From positions 1 to 64,000 of the forward strand of contig BEHE01000006.1 in assembly GCA_002898395.1 (NCBI GenBank): a stretch of DNA of 64,000 nucleotides. The letters run 5' to 3'. Position numbers and translations under genes: made by a program. Of this stretch, positions 29,348 to 39,056 are shown in pieces; within the stretch, counting starts at the first letter, position 1; each line of letters starts with the position of its first letter. The notes beneath the pieces were generated by a model, which saw only the letters and a list, made by a program, of their open reading frames with translations, searched no databases and was not told the origin of the DNA. This stretch comes from Candidatus Calditenuaceae archaeon HR02. Lineage in GTDB: Archaea > Thermoproteota > Nitrososphaeria_A > Caldarchaeales > Calditenuaceae.

Positions 29348-31112
29348 TTTGGAGCTCAAATAGCCCCACTGTTATGTTTCCCGAGAGCCATATGGCGATC
29401 AGTGATATTGCTGCCATTATTACTGCGTGTTTGAATCCTCCTGCTATTGTTGAGCTGGAGACTTTTCCGGCCACAAGCCCGCTTATGACGGCTATGATTA
29501 TGACGGGTGGGAGGAAGAAGTGTATGAACTCTGCGGAGGAGATGCTTAGGCGGGCTAGCTTTAGGAGACCCTTCATGAACGAGACCAGTATTACTACGAC
29601 GACTATAAGTAGGACGGCTGTGAGGTAGGGGATTATCATGAGCGGCTTGAGCGTTGCGCGCTTCTGCCTCTCAATTTCTTCCAGGTCTTCTGAAAAGGAG
29701 GCTAGGACCTCGAAGGTCTCGGGGGCCCCTCCGCCGACGTCTATCGCGTCTATCAGTATGAAGACGCCGGCTCTTTCTAGCCACCCGTAGGTCCGTTTGG
29801 CGAAGTCTTCGTATATTTTTCTGAGGGGCATGCCCCATCCTATCTGGCGGGCCATTATTTTGAGGTGTTTGCTGAAGGCGCCGTAGGGGTTTCTCGAGAG
29901 GTCGATTATGCATCTCTCTGGGCTGAGGCCTGTTTTTCTGACCTCTGTGATGTCTCTGAGGAAGAGTGTGAGCCCGTGGACGACTGAGAAGTTTTCTGAG
30001 CCGTATTTCTGATATGCTACTGCGGCGGGTGTGAAGAGTATTATAGAGAATAGGATGAGGGCTATTGAGGATTCGTAGCCTGCCTCAATGCCCATGGCCT
30101 TCCTTATTGAGACTATGATGGAGGAGGTAATGTCGAATGGTGTTATGTACTGGAGGTCTGTGAGGAAGAAGGGTACTACGAATAGTGCGAGGAATGTGAA
30201 GGCTGCTGGCATTGTTAGGTACAGGACTTTCATGGGGCGCGGGTCTGTGACCGGGTATTTTGGCTGGCTTATGTCTGCTAGGTAGAGGAATAGGATTGAC
30301 ATTAGTGGGAGGAAGAGATAGGCTATGAGGGCGAACTGTTCTGAGGGCATAATGAGGAATTCTGTGGGGAGGGCTCTGGAGACTATGTAGATTGTGAAGA
30401 GGACCAGTGAGAGCATCATCGTTATTGCCGCGTACCCCTCCATAAGCATGCCCATCCTCTCGCCGACTATCCTCATCTTACCCATCCTAGATGTGAAGAT
30501 CTGCTCGGTTTTTCTGATTAGGAAATGGACGACATCCCCGCCGCTTCTTATTGTTGAGGCGTAGCCCATTAGTAGGTCTCGGTATTCCTTACTGGGTAGG
30601 CCTTTGGCCATTTTCTCGATGGCTGAGACTGGGTCTAGCCCGCCTACCTTGACGTTTAGGTCTGCGAGCCGGGCTGCCTTGGCTATATTGGGCATCAGCT
30701 GGCTCTGTGCCAGCCTGGATAGGCTTTTGTAGGGTGGGATTCCGCCGGTGGACATGACGGCTAGATAGGCGGCTGCGTATGGGACCTCGCTCTCGAAGAG
30801 GGTGGCTGCAGAGGATGCCGACATGTATGGCCAAGCTAGTCCGAGGCCTAGGGTGATTAGCGGTATTCCGGCTAGGAGGCCTAGGGCCAATAGGCTTCCT
30901 GTGAATAGGTAGGTAGTAACGGCTAGAGGGATTGATATAGCACCCGATATGACTGTTGCTGCAGCTACTATCGAGGTGAAGACCTCTGGGTATATGCGTT
31001 TTCCGGCGCTCTCTAGTTTTGATGGGATTCCTGGCGCGATTCTGAGTAGTAGGGTTCCAAGGCTCCTGAAGTTGGAGTATGAGAAGCTCGTGAAGGACTC
31101 TGAGAAGCCCAT
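29337..31112 (-). CDS. Type IV pilus membrane platform protein (FlaJ/TadC, two T2SSF domains)
   Basis: MSTGGIPP...SGGD and FLRDITEVRKTGLSPE...GGG domains separated by TM helices. Confidence 0.9.
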   Translation of the reverse strand: MGFSESFTSFSYSNFRSLGTLLLRIAPGIPSKLESAGKRIYPEVFTSIVAAATVISGAISIPLAVTTYLFTGSLLALGLLAGIPLITLGLGLAWPYMSASSAATLFESEVPYAAAYLAVMSTGGIPPYKSLSRLAQSQLMPNIAKAARLADLNVKVGGLDPVSAIEKMAKGLPSKEYRDLLMGYASTIRSGGDVVHFLIRKTEQIFTSRMGKMRIVGERMGMLMEGYAAITMMLSLVLFTIYIVSRALPTEFLIMPSEQFALIAYLFLPLMSILFLYLADISQPKYPVTDPRPMKVLYLTMPAAFTFLALFVVPFFLTDLQYITPFDITSSIIVSIRKAMGIEAGYESSIALILFSIILFTPAAVAYQKYGSENFSVVHGLTLFLRDITEVRKTGLSPERCIIDLSRNPYGAFSKHLKIMARQIGWGMPLRKIYEDFAKRTYGWLERAGVFILIDAIDVGGGAPETFEVLASFSEDLEEIERQKRATLKPLMIIPYLTAVLLIVVVVILVSFMKGLLKLARLSISSAEFIHFFLPPVIIIAVISGLVAGKVSSSTIAGGFKHAVIMAAISLIAIWLSGNITVGLFELQTTP

Positions 31113-31235
31113 GACTCTAATCTACCGGGCCCTACACCATATATAAGAGTTGTTTTATGGAAAATGCTCATTGGATTTCCACTGGAAGGTCTGGGTAGGA
31201 AACACATATATTGGGGAGCCTATTCTCTTCTCTCA

Positions 31236-31637
31236 ATGATGGTTAGGCGGAAAGCTGGCATTAGCCCTGTTGTTGCGACGGTGATTCTAGTAGCTGTGGC
31301 GATAGTGATAGCGATCGCGGTGGCCTTCTGGGCGTCAGGCCTAGTCGGCGTATTCACGAGGTTCGAGAAGATCGAGATACAGTCAGCATACTGGGACGGA
31401 TCTCAAGTTGTCGTGATAGCAAAGAACAGCGGCTCAAGTCCAGCGGTAGTAGACATGATACTCGTGAACGGTGTGCCCTGTGAGACCGGGTTGGCTGACC
31501 AGTTATCGGTAGGGCAAGTATTCCAGTGGTCGGTAACACCGGGTACCAATTGTGTACAGACGGGCGGGGTCACGAACGAGATAGCCCTGCACACGACGAG
31601 CGGCAAGACGTACCCAGTAGCAGTGCTAGTGCCCTAG
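31236..31637 (+). CDS. Probable major archaeal type IV pilin
   Basis: Class III signal RRKAG|ISPVVATVILVAVAIVIAIAVAFW. Small size, and NSGS...VNG motif. Confidence 0.9.
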   Translation: MMVRRKAGISPVVATVILVAVAIVIAIAVAFWASGLVGVFTRFEKIEIQSAYWDGSQVVVIAKNSGSSPAVVDMILVNGVPCETGLADQLSVGQVFQWSVTPGTNCVQTGGVTNEIALHTTSGKTYPVAVLVP

Positions 31638-31716
31638 AGTTTTTAATGTATTTTTGTTGTTTTACCGCTGGAACTACTGTTATTTATCCTAGATATAAGT
31701 TTATGACCGATGTAGC

Positions 31717-32637
31717 ATGAGATTAGTGGTGGGAACGTCCTTAAGCCAGGACAGGCGGCTCCGAGCATTGGTTGTCATCTGCGCCTATAATGAGGAGGGG
31801 AGTATAGCCGTGCCAGTATCCCGAGCGGTCAGGGAGGGTTTCGATGTCCTAGTAGTAGATGATGGGAGTGAGGACGGGACCGCAGAAGTCGCGGAGAGGC
31901 ATGGAGCCACTGTAGTTAGGAGCCCTGAGAGGTGTGGGAAAGCCGCCGCCCTGAGCAGGGCAATAGACTACGCAAAGACCCAAGGATACGGCGCAATAAT
32001 AGAGATAGGTGCAGACGCAATACCAACACAAGGAAGCATCACCAAAATATACCAGTACCTAACATCACCAAAGATAGGGGCCGTCTCCGCCCTCCAAATA
32101 CCACTAGGAAAAGGCCTAGCATACAATATAGACGAACTCATGTGGAGCGTCCTAGCCATAGGAAAATCACTACAACAACGTCTAAACCGCCCAGTCCACC
32201 TAGGAGCTGTAATGTACGGGGTCAAACTCGAAAGTATCGACAAGCCATTAAACATCATCAACGATGATGAATATATCGGCAAAGCAGTACACAAAAGTGG
32301 AAAACCTCATCTGTTCTTAGAAGATAGTGTGGTATACTTCGACGCCTCAACATCGATAAAACATCTCTTTACCAGAAGAAAACGCATGATACTAGGACAC
32401 CTCCAGCTCGGAAAATCTACAGCGCCAAGCATGCAACCCGATCTACTAGCAGTTGCGACGCTACTATCACTAATAAAAAAACCATCCAGAATAACGTGGC
32501 TAATACCTGCCGCTGTAATAGAAATAGCTGCGAGGCTAGCAGCCTTCGCAGAACTGAGAAAAGAAAAACTACTAAAAGAGTACATAAAATGGCATACACA
32601 TGGATTGAAAAAGCCCATTCAATACAATGTAGTCTGA
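31717..32637 (+). CDS. GT2 glycosyltransferase
   Basis: CAYNEE, VVDDGSEDGT, GKAAAL, GAD, INDDEY and RRKR motifs. Confidence 0.88.
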   Translation: MRLVVGTSLSQDRRLRALVVICAYNEEGSIAVPVSRAVREGFDVLVVDDGSEDGTAEVAERHGATVVRSPERCGKAAALSRAIDYAKTQGYGAIIEIGADAIPTQGSITKIYQYLTSPKIGAVSALQIPLGKGLAYNIDELMWSVLAIGKSLQQRLNRPVHLGAVMYGVKLESIDKPLNIINDDEYIGKAVHKSGKPHLFLEDSVVYFDASTSIKHLFTRRKRMILGHLQLGKSTAPSMQPDLLAVATLLSLIKKPSRITWLIPAAVIEIAARLAAFAELRKEKLLKEYIKWHTHGLKKPIQYNVV

Positions 32638-32638
32638 A

Positions 32639-33568
32639 ATGCTATCAAAGGTATCCGTAATAATTGTGAATAAGGACGGCAGAGACCTATTGGACGAATG
32701 CCTAAATTCACTTTTTAGCCTTACGGTCTACCCAACCTATATCGTGATAGTGGTGGACAACGCCTCTAGTGATGGTAGCGTCGAGTTAGTCAAAGAAAAA
32801 TTTCCTCAAGTTGAGATAATAACGTTACACCGAAATTATGGGTTCACAAAAGCAAACAATATAGCCATTAAATATGCTATCCAGAGTTTCAAGCCAGATT
32901 ACGTCTTTTTGCTCAATAATGATACAAAGATAATACAAAGGGACTGGCTAGAGCAGCTGGTAAAATGTGGATACCACATCGTACAACCAATCATACTAAA
33001 TAAAGACGGAAGCGTACAAAGCAAAGGAGGGGGAATAACCATTTTCGGGGTTCCATACCTAATCAAGGACAAAGAGCAGCCGCTATGGGTCAGCTTTGCA
33101 GCAGTTTTAATCTCCAGAGAGGTGCTTGAAAAAATAGGGTTGTTAGCTGAAAATTACATAATCTATGCAGAAGATTTAGAATTTTGTTTGCGCGCAAAAA
33201 CCTGTGGTTTTAAAATAGGTGTCGCAAATACGCAGATTATACATTATGGTACTTCCACAATAATGAAACTTGCACATGACAAACATGTTTACTACTATTA
33301 CAAGACACGAAATGATTACTGGACTATCGCCAAATATTATAGTTCAAGAATTATGAAGTTGGGGTATATCGCCTTTAGCATACTTCAGTCGCTCATCCTT
33401 TTATTGAAGAGAAATACTAGGGGAAGTAAGAGCGTCATTGTCGGATTATTCCACGCTCTGCGCTCTTCGAAAACAAAGAAATATTATAGCCTTCCACCAC
33501 CCAAACCCAGATTATCTGTTTTATTGATAGCTGTTAAGAGATGGCTGGAAAATTCTTTACGTTCCTAG
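32639..33568 (+). CDS. GT2 glycosyltransferase (rhamnosyltransferase-like)
   Basis: VVDNASSDGS, NYGFTKANN, LLNNDT and YAEDLEFCLRA motifs. AT-rich DNA. Confidence 0.9.
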   Translation: MLSKVSVIIVNKDGRDLLDECLNSLFSLTVYPTYIVIVVDNASSDGSVELVKEKFPQVEIITLHRNYGFTKANNIAIKYAIQSFKPDYVFLLNNDTKIIQRDWLEQLVKCGYHIVQPIILNKDGSVQSKGGGITIFGVPYLIKDKEQPLWVSFAAVLISREVLEKIGLLAENYIIYAEDLEFCLRAKTCGFKIGVANTQIIHYGTSTIMKLAHDKHVYYYYKTRNDYWTIAKYYSSRIMKLGYIAFSILQSLILLLKRNTRGSKSVIVGLFHALRSSKTKKYYSLPPPKPRLSVLLIAVKRWLENSLRS

Positions 33569-33580
33569 TAAGATTGGAAG

Positions 33581-33988
33581 CTAGATTCGCCCTATCAGTA
33601 AAGCACCAATAATTATGAGAATAATTCCAACCCACTGCTGTATAGTTACAGACTCTTTCAGTAAAAAATATCCAACAAATACAATCGAGATTATGGATAT
33701 TGAGAGGAAGAATCGGCCCAGCATAACACCCATCTCATTGTAGACCCAGTAGCTCAGCACAGCTACCGTGAAGCCCGTAAGCATCGCCAGTATAAACCAT
33801 CTGTTAAAGAAGAGGTTGAAGAAGAACCTTAGAGAAGCCTCGGGCCCACCTACCTCCCTCAAAGTCAGCCCCCATAACAACGTATTCAAACCCACCAATA
33901 CTGCAACCAAGAATCCCAGGTACCAGTGTGTGGCAGCCAAACCCACTACCCTCACCCGGTTAACCAACTCTAACCCAGCAGCAACCAT
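33581..33988 (-). CDS. Small DMT/EamA-like membrane protein (ArnE/F-like flippase candidate); start uncertain
   Basis: Four TM helices ending GYFLLKESVTIQQWVGIILIIIGALLI. Confidence 0.7.
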   Translation of the reverse strand: MVAAGLELVNRVRVVGLAATHWYLGFLVAVLVGLNTLLWGLTLREVGGPEASLRFFFNLFFNRWFILAMLTGFTVAVLSYWVYNEMGVMLGRFFLSISIISIVFVGYFLLKESVTIQQWVGIILIIIGALLIGRI

Positions 33989-34065
33989 ATATCTCTTCAA
34001 AACACCCCGCCACCGACAAGCCGCTAGGAATTTATACCCAATACACAGGTATTTCAGCAAACGGC

Positions 34066-35436
34066 TTGCAAACCAGCAATAAGACAAAAGCCATACTCGT
34101 AGCCATCATAATGCTAGGCTTTGCCATACGGTATATGGTCTGGATCTACCCGATGTTCGGCGCCCAAGGGCTCACCATCTACGACACCGGTACATACGCC
34201 GGATTCGGCCTCTCCTATATACAGTCAATATCCTCGATGAATCTCACGGCCATGGCGGAGATAAACCCGGGAGTGCCACCCCTAGCCATGATCCTAACGG
34301 GCCTATCAGCACACACGTTCGGGCAACTAGTGGGCCAGGTCCAGGCGAGCCTACTAGCCCCCATAGCAGCCTCATCACTCACCGCAATCCCAGCCTACAT
34401 AGTCGCGAGGAGATACTCCGCCAAGTGGTCCCTACTAGCGCCACTACTGATAGAGTTGGACCCATTCCAAGTCCAGTTCTCATCAGCCTACCTAGACTCA
34501 ATCGGGACACTCTTCGCCCTCACATCCACCACATGTCTCCTCAACCAAGCCGAGGAGAAGAGGTGGTTCACACTAGCTATATTCTTCGCCTCACTCGCGG
34601 TGCTCTGCAAGCTCACCTTCGCGGGCTACGTAGTCCTCCTCAGCCTCCTCATGACTCTCACCAGGCAGATAACCGTGAAGCGCGGAGCGCTCTACACCGC
34701 AATACCCGTAGCATCCATAGCCCTGAGCCCATGGGTCTGGACCCCCACAACTCTCTCGACAAGCATCCAGGGAAACCTGACCTTCAACAACACACCACTC
34801 GCATCTATCATAGGCCCCTTTGCCATAGGCGTGCCACAATCCCTCCCATGGTACATACTGACATATCTTGGCTTGGGTCACGTCTCCTGGAACACCTTAC
34901 CCCTCACCTCAACCTTCACCCTCTTCCTCGCCCTACTGTACAGAGCGGTGAAACGCGAGCTCAATCCCCCAAAGACACTAACAACCGCCGCCTCAGCCAT
35001 GGTTTTAACCCTATTCCTCATCCCTCGCAACTATTGGACCTACTCCTGGGCTGGAGGCTTCCTTCAAGGCGTACTCGCCAAACAATTTTACCCATACTAC
35101 TTCTATCCGCTTGCACCATTCGCAGCCACCCTGGCAGCACCACTCATCGCAGGCCTAAAGGGCGACACCATCAAGGAGAGAACAGTAACATACCCCATAT
35201 ACATGGCGGCCATCCTCTCACCCATCGCCCTCATCATGAACCTCGGCTTTCCATACTGGGACTTCCTCTTCACACTAATCTACAGCTCAACTCAAGGCAG
35301 CTGGATACTTGAGGGCACAGCCGCCGCGGCAATAACCACCGCAACACTCATAGCCACCATCACAGCCGCCGAACTCCTACATAGAAAGAGCAGACCCAAT
35401 GGCCAATCTGGTCGGAAGAGGCGGGAACAATTGTAA
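34066..35436 (+). CDS. GT-C fold membrane glycosyltransferase (ArnT/PMT-like)
   Basis: Multi-TM. YDTGTY loop after TM1, PPL, LDP..V..S.AYLD and LAVLCK motifs. Confidence 0.7.
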   Translation: MQTSNKTKAILVAIIMLGFAIRYMVWIYPMFGAQGLTIYDTGTYAGFGLSYIQSISSMNLTAMAEINPGVPPLAMILTGLSAHTFGQLVGQVQASLLAPIAASSLTAIPAYIVARRYSAKWSLLAPLLIELDPFQVQFSSAYLDSIGTLFALTSTTCLLNQAEEKRWFTLAIFFASLAVLCKLTFAGYVVLLSLLMTLTRQITVKRGALYTAIPVASIALSPWVWTPTTLSTSIQGNLTFNNTPLASIIGPFAIGVPQSLPWYILTYLGLGHVSWNTLPLTSTFTLFLALLYRAVKRELNPPKTLTTAASAMVLTLFLIPRNYWTYSWAGGFLQGVLAKQFYPYYFYPLAPFAATLAAPLIAGLKGDTIKERTVTYPIYMAAILSPIALIMNLGFPYWDFLFTLIYSSTQGSWILEGTAAAAITTATLIATITAAELLHRKSRPNGQSGRKRREQL

Positions 35437-35525
35437 ATCAGTAGAAAAATACTAATAAGTCACGACGACAAATCAGCCTACACAAAATTAAAAGATATAT
35501 ACTGGTTACGTCAACTGTTAATCAA

Positions 35526-36047
35526 TTGGAGCGGGACGTGCCCCCTCACACAAACCCCAGATGCGGGCCTAGGGGGAAGCGCGGGGATACAGTAATCCTT
35601 GGCGAAATCCTCCTCTTCGCAGGCGTCGTAACGCTAGGCCTGGCGTTGTGGGGGCTATCCCTCGGCTACGTGACCTCACACTCCACAAAGCTAACAGAAG
35701 ACTATGACAGGTTCGTCTCACGGCAGAGGGGCTTCCTCATAGTCGAGGCCGTCTCACTCCAGAGCAATGTGGTGTGGGTGTCAAACCCTGGGCTGAACGA
35801 CGCCGCCATTATAAGCTGCACAATATATCCGAAGACCACACCATCCCCCGGCATAAGATACAATGTAAGGGGCGTAATAGTAGAGGCCTCGTCCTACAGG
35901 CCGACAGCCCTGATAGGCTGTGAACGATTCCCCGGCCCACCGCCATACACAGTCGAGGTCTGGTACATCTCCGCGCACCTCTACAACCCGCAAGACCCGG
36001 CCAGAAACTCGATGTACGCCCTCGTGGCCCGATATGAGAAAGGATAG
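35526..36047 (+). CDS. Pilin-like protein (family X)
   Basis: Basic RGKRG, then a hydrophobic helix, LIVEAV, VWVSNPG and VWYISAHLYNP. Confidence 0.7.
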   Translation: MERDVPPHTNPRCGPRGKRGDTVILGEILLFAGVVTLGLALWGLSLGYVTSHSTKLTEDYDRFVSRQRGFLIVEAVSLQSNVVWVSNPGLNDAAIISCTIYPKTTPSPGIRYNVRGVIVEASSYRPTALIGCERFPGPPPYTVEVWYISAHLYNPQDPARNSMYALVARYEKG

Positions 36048-37224
36048 CACAGGAATCTCCACAATGGTAGGGATGGCGATAATCATAGCGATATTCTTCA
36101 CAACCCTTATCCCACTCTATCTCTACATGTCAAGTCTCTATAGCCTACTCTCCAACGAGACGAACTCTAGAATGATAAGAGATGTGGACAGGGAGACGGA
36201 GGACTTGAAGCTATTCGTTGAGGGAAAATCGGGGATAAACCAGGAAAACCCAAGCATAAGCGTAATCCTGAAGAACACCTCACCCCTGCTGATAAGGGTT
36301 GAGCGGATATGGATGATGAATGTGGAGACCGGCTCACCCGTCGGAGACGCACCCTGCATAGATAGGGTACTTGACGTGCCCCCCGGCTGGAACGTCACAA
36401 TCCAAGTAAATGCTTGTGTCCAAGGATTCACTGGAAGGGCCCAGTTCATAGCAGTCACTGAGAGGGGCCGGCTATTCGGCTCCGAACCCATCGACCTCCT
36501 GCGGGGGAGAATCATCTCAGGCCTCTTCCCCTACACCCTCACCGTCTCAGTCATCAATATGAAGAGGGGAAGCGAATACACCATCGACATCCTGCCACTC
36601 GGAGACGCCGACATACACCCCCGCTCCATAACCTACAAGGCCACAGCCTCAAACGAGAACATCTCACTCTCCTTCGGAGCCACGGCGGGGACCTTCCTAG
36701 TCTATCTATCAGAGAGCGGGGTCTTGGTCTCGACATCAAGGCTCCTGGCACCGCCAACTAATCCAGTAGCTGTAACCCTGCCGGACTACTGGAACGCAAT
36801 CTTCATACTCAGCAGATCCCCGATACAGCCCGTGACCATCGACCTAGAGATATCCGCCCCCACCCGCGTCCTCGAGGGACAGTCATTCCAGTTCCAAATA
36901 ATTCTCAGCCTACCAGCACAGGCCGACGAAGACGTTAGAGTCAACCACGATAGGATAATCCAGGCCATCAGGATAAGCGGAGACTACGAGCAAAATACAC
37001 TCCAGTGCTTGCCGATAGCTGAGACACTCACACCAGGCTCAACTAGCATCGCCCTCAGCTGCTCCCTCACAGCGGCGGAGCTGCAGGGCAACAGAAACTC
37101 CGGCTCGATAACCATCACAGTAAACCAGCTGCAAAACTGTGGGACAGGAGTGAACTCAGGCCAACCATACCCTTCAGACCAGGACTCAACAACCATAGAT
37201 GTGAGGAGGCAGAAGGGGAGGTGA
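36034..37224 (+). CDS. Large minor pilin-like protein (family Y)
   Basis: MRKDSTG|ISTMVGMAIIIAIFF class III signal and VTERGRLF motif. Confidence 0.8.
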   Translation: MRKDSTGISTMVGMAIIIAIFFTTLIPLYLYMSSLYSLLSNETNSRMIRDVDRETEDLKLFVEGKSGINQENPSISVILKNTSPLLIRVERIWMMNVETGSPVGDAPCIDRVLDVPPGWNVTIQVNACVQGFTGRAQFIAVTERGRLFGSEPIDLLRGRIISGLFPYTLTVSVINMKRGSEYTIDILPLGDADIHPRSITYKATASNENISLSFGATAGTFLVYLSESGVLVSTSRLLAPPTNPVAVTLPDYWNAIFILSRSPIQPVTIDLEISAPTRVLEGQSFQFQIILSLPAQADEDVRVNHDRIIQAIRISGDYEQNTLQCLPIAETLTPGSTSIALSCSLTAAELQGNRNSGSITITVNQLQNCGTGVNSGQPYPSDQDSTTIDVRRQKGR

Positions 37225-37225
37225 G

Positions 37226-38518
37226 CTAGGAGATTGGCGCCCTACACGAAGTCCTTATATTGGCGCCCTCCTGCCACCATTTACAGACATAAACTACGCC
37301 GTTTGCCACGGGCGACGAAAATTCACCATCATCCACTGAATAGTTGTTCCCAGTAACTAGGCCGCGGGCGTTCACAACCCTGAGACGATAGACGAAGTAT
37401 CCACCATAATCCTTCTTGTTTTCTCCCTCGTCGACTACCCTTAATGTGAATAGCCCAATGTACGTGTTGCCCGGTGACATCCTCCTCACTTCGGTTCTGA
37501 GGAAGGTGGTGCTCAAGGTCACATTGTCGTAGCCCAAAACCTCTAGAAAGACCTGGACATCGCCTAGAGGCTCTGTATTGTTCCCTAGGCTCAAGATAAA
37601 GGGTATCGTGACTGTCTGCTCAGTAGTTCTTTCATCCATGATTACCATAAGGTTTGGCTGGAGAGGGGTTATTTGGAGAGGTATAGGTGTTGGAACCGTG
37701 AGCCGGGGTAGCGGCCCTATCTGCACCACCGTGTGACCGCTCGCCTCAACCCTAACGGGGCTTGGAGTAATGTTTGTACACGCACTCCCATCATACTGGC
37801 AGCGTAGGGCCCTCACCCTGTATATGCCCGGCGCTATGTTAAACGCGAAGACATCCGACATATCCTCCACACTCGAGATGTATCGCACAGCACGTGCAGA
37901 CCCTAAACAGCCTTCCGCAAATTCTTCACTCCGCAAAGAGACGCATCCGCGAGCCATACTGACGTCAGATCCGCTCTCCACCTCGACCTCCACCCTGTAT
38001 CTGTATCCTAGACTTACATTGCTTAGCTGGACTACTAGGAGGTAGGGTAGGGAGTTGGGGCCTATCGGCTCGCCTGAGACGAAGCTGTTGCCCCTGAGCG
38101 TGGGGGCCCTCACCAAGACTTTCTCGCCTGGCTCAACAATAAAGTTTAGAGGCTTCATTATCACGGCTCCCGGCGGCATCTTAAACTCCTCGTCGGTAAT
38201 TTTCTGCAAGCCGACTCTACTACTCTCGACATAAAGGATTGGGACGTCAACCTCGATGGGGCCCTTATTCATCATAACGATGAACAGACTCCTTTTACGG
38301 AAGGGGTTTAACTCGGGTGGCTGTAGGGTTGCGATAATCTCTAGCTTTTCGTTCAGCTTCTCAACCTCGAACTGGAGCCTCCTGGAGACCTCGTCCATGA
38401 ATATGGTCTGTATCTGCTGGATGTAGAGCCACATGGGGATCATGATCGTGAAGAATATCATTACTGCAATCGCTGTGCCAACAACAGCCGAGACACCTGA
38501 GCGCCTCCTATTTCTCAC
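37226..38518 (-). CDS. Large minor pilin-like protein (family Y)
   Basis: RRRSG|VSAVVGTAIAVMIFF and TLRGNSF. Paralog of 36034-37224. Confidence 0.82.
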   Translation of the reverse strand: MRNRRRSGVSAVVGTAIAVMIFFTIMIPMWLYIQQIQTIFMDEVSRRLQFEVEKLNEKLEIIATLQPPELNPFRKRSLFIVMMNKGPIEVDVPILYVESSRVGLQKITDEEFKMPPGAVIMKPLNFIVEPGEKVLVRAPTLRGNSFVSGEPIGPNSLPYLLVVQLSNVSLGYRYRVEVEVESGSDVSMARGCVSLRSEEFAEGCLGSARAVRYISSVEDMSDVFAFNIAPGIYRVRALRCQYDGSACTNITPSPVRVEASGHTVVQIGPLPRLTVPTPIPLQITPLQPNLMVIMDERTTEQTVTIPFILSLGNNTEPLGDVQVFLEVLGYDNVTLSTTFLRTEVRRMSPGNTYIGLFTLRVVDEGENKKDYGGYFVYRLRVVNARGLVTGNNYSVDDGEFSSPVANGVVYVCKWWQEGANIRTSCRAPIS

Positions 38519-38525
38519 CAGCCCA

Positions 38526-39056
38526 TCACCCAGCTATGTTGGTTCTCGTGGTTGTAGTGGTTACCGTGACGGTGTAAGTGCTCGTGGATATCGTTGTCGT
38601 AGTCGTTGAGGTTGTGATGGTGAGGGGGGCTGAGGTTGTTGTTACGCTGGTGGTTCTGACCGTGGTGGGGGTTGTAATGGTTACAGTCGTATAGAGTGTG
38701 GCAGTGGTTGTGGTCCGCGACACGGTATATTTTGTAACCCATACTACGACGGTTGATGTTGAAGTTCTTGTCGTTACTGTAGAAGTCGTAGTGGTTGTTC
38801 TTGTAGTTGTTGAAGTACCGCTCGTGAGTGTTGTAGTGGTTCTGAGAGTTCTTGTGAACGTATTTGTGGTGGTTCCATAGGATTCCGTGGTTGTTGTAGA
38901 CTCTGTTACCCAGCTGGTTGTGGTGGTTGTTGTAGTCGTAGTGGTGGTGACAACCCTATACGTCTGAGCTAGAACGGTTAGGCTAAGCGCAAGTATGGTC
39001 AGAATCGCCATTGTAACTGCAAGCCCCCTCGTCTTTCTCACCTTATACTCGACCAA
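38526..39056 (-). CDS. Secreted Thr-rich low-complexity protein
   Basis: Signal-like N-terminus followed by a mature region dominated by Thr, with Val/Ser/Arg. Confidence 0.75.
   Translation of the reverse strand: MVEYKVRKTRGLAVTMAILTILALSLTVLAQTYRVVTTTTTTTTTTTSWVTESTTTTESYGTTTNTFTRTLRTTTTLTSGTSTTTRTTTTTSTVTTRTSTSTVVVWVTKYTVSRTTTTATLYTTVTITTPTTVRTTSVTTTSAPLTITTSTTTTTISTSTYTVTVTTTTTRTNIAG

Noticed and set aside
27431-31637. Archaellum operon
   Set aside because: No FlaH/FlaF/FlaG or archaellin-type genes. Content fits a pilus.
34425-35312. 295-aa alternative-frame ORF
   Set aside because: Same-strand shadow of the membrane glycosyltransferase, with His/Pro/Arg-rich composition typical of off-frame reading.
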